Assembly: GCA_049515255.1 (NCBI GenBank)
Contig: JBEKUH010000036.1
Location: forward strand, 13,800-37,799
Length of the DNA: 24,000 nucleotides
From: Tepidisphaeraceae bacterium
GTDB lineage: Bacteria > Planctomycetota > Phycisphaerae > Tepidisphaerales > Tepidisphaeraceae
Reading direction: 5' to 3'
Position numbers and translations under genes: made by a program. The notes under the pieces were generated by a model, which was not told the DNA's origin, ran no database searches, and saw only the letters and a program-made list of their open reading frames with translations. Below are positions 23,839 through 24,000 of this stretch, one piece after another (the first letter of the stretch is position 1; each line of letters opens with the position of its first letter).

Positions 23839-24000
23839 TTCCGCTTTGGTTTCTCCAACACTGCGAGACCGATCGCTGCAGCGCGCGAGATTTACGAAGC
23901 GCCGGGGCAACGCAACCGCGCAGGCCGGCGCGCGCTCCCTACATCGGGGCGCGGCATCCCCCACCGACTTTTTTCCTCCAACCCAAGTTTTGCGGGCCAC

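Noticed and set aside
23703-23984. Three occurrences of tttc(c)tccaa (23703, 23850, 23972) upstream of rpsO, considered as a repeated regulatory motif
   Set aside because: The motif is short and imperfect and has no consistent spacing or partner element. It could easily arise by chance in about 300 bp. I am not confident enough to report it as a site.
23512-24000. A 162-aa minus-strand ORF open to the window edge, upstream of rpsO
   Set aside because: The translation runs through the caccgat inverted repeat and through low-complexity sequence, with no motifs. It is more likely non-coding leader or promoter sequence plus a repeat element. I could not assign an ncRNA either.

Overview
The window is a gene-dense chromosomal segment of mostly housekeeping genes. 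The gene content suggests a Planctomycetota or PVC-type genome: a PEP-CTERM protein, several Uma2/DUF820 genes, a GxxExxY gene, two clpP paralogs and a reduced dcw cluster. That taxonomic call is inference only. Gene order, left to right: apbC/mrp (3' part); a more A/T-rich lipoprotein-like gene split by a frameshift at an A9 run; clpP paralog 1; a VOC/glyoxalase-fold gene; a GxxExxY (PD-(D/E)XK) gene; clpP paralog 2; a lipoprotein; then on the minus strand ftsI, an ftsL-like gene, a LysM protein and rsmH; a PEP-CTERM protein; an RluA-family pseudouridine synthase; an ABC-2 permease, SCO1/SenC and DUF420 (CtaM-like); then a tightly packed minus-strand run of spoVR, Uma2, pgl, sugar-ABC ATPase, permease and scpB; two more Uma2 genes; and rpsO-pnp. 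I saw no rRNA, tRNA, CRISPR array, transposase or integrase. The most unusual signal is non-coding. At least five intergenic loci carry inverted-repeat elements whose arms are short tandem 7-9 nt units, usually around an A/T-rich core. One family has four copies that bracket clpP1, the VOC gene and the GxxExxY gene and abut clpP2. Other points worth a second look: complementary asymmetry between the two ClpP paralogs (a Ser-His-Asn triad in one, a non-canonical N-terminus in the other); a perfect 45-nt palindrome between the ftsL-like gene and ftsI; three Uma2 nuclease-like genes wedged into housekeeping operons; and a Gly/Arg-only tail on PNPase. All homology calls come from reading motifs by eye, because no searches could be run.
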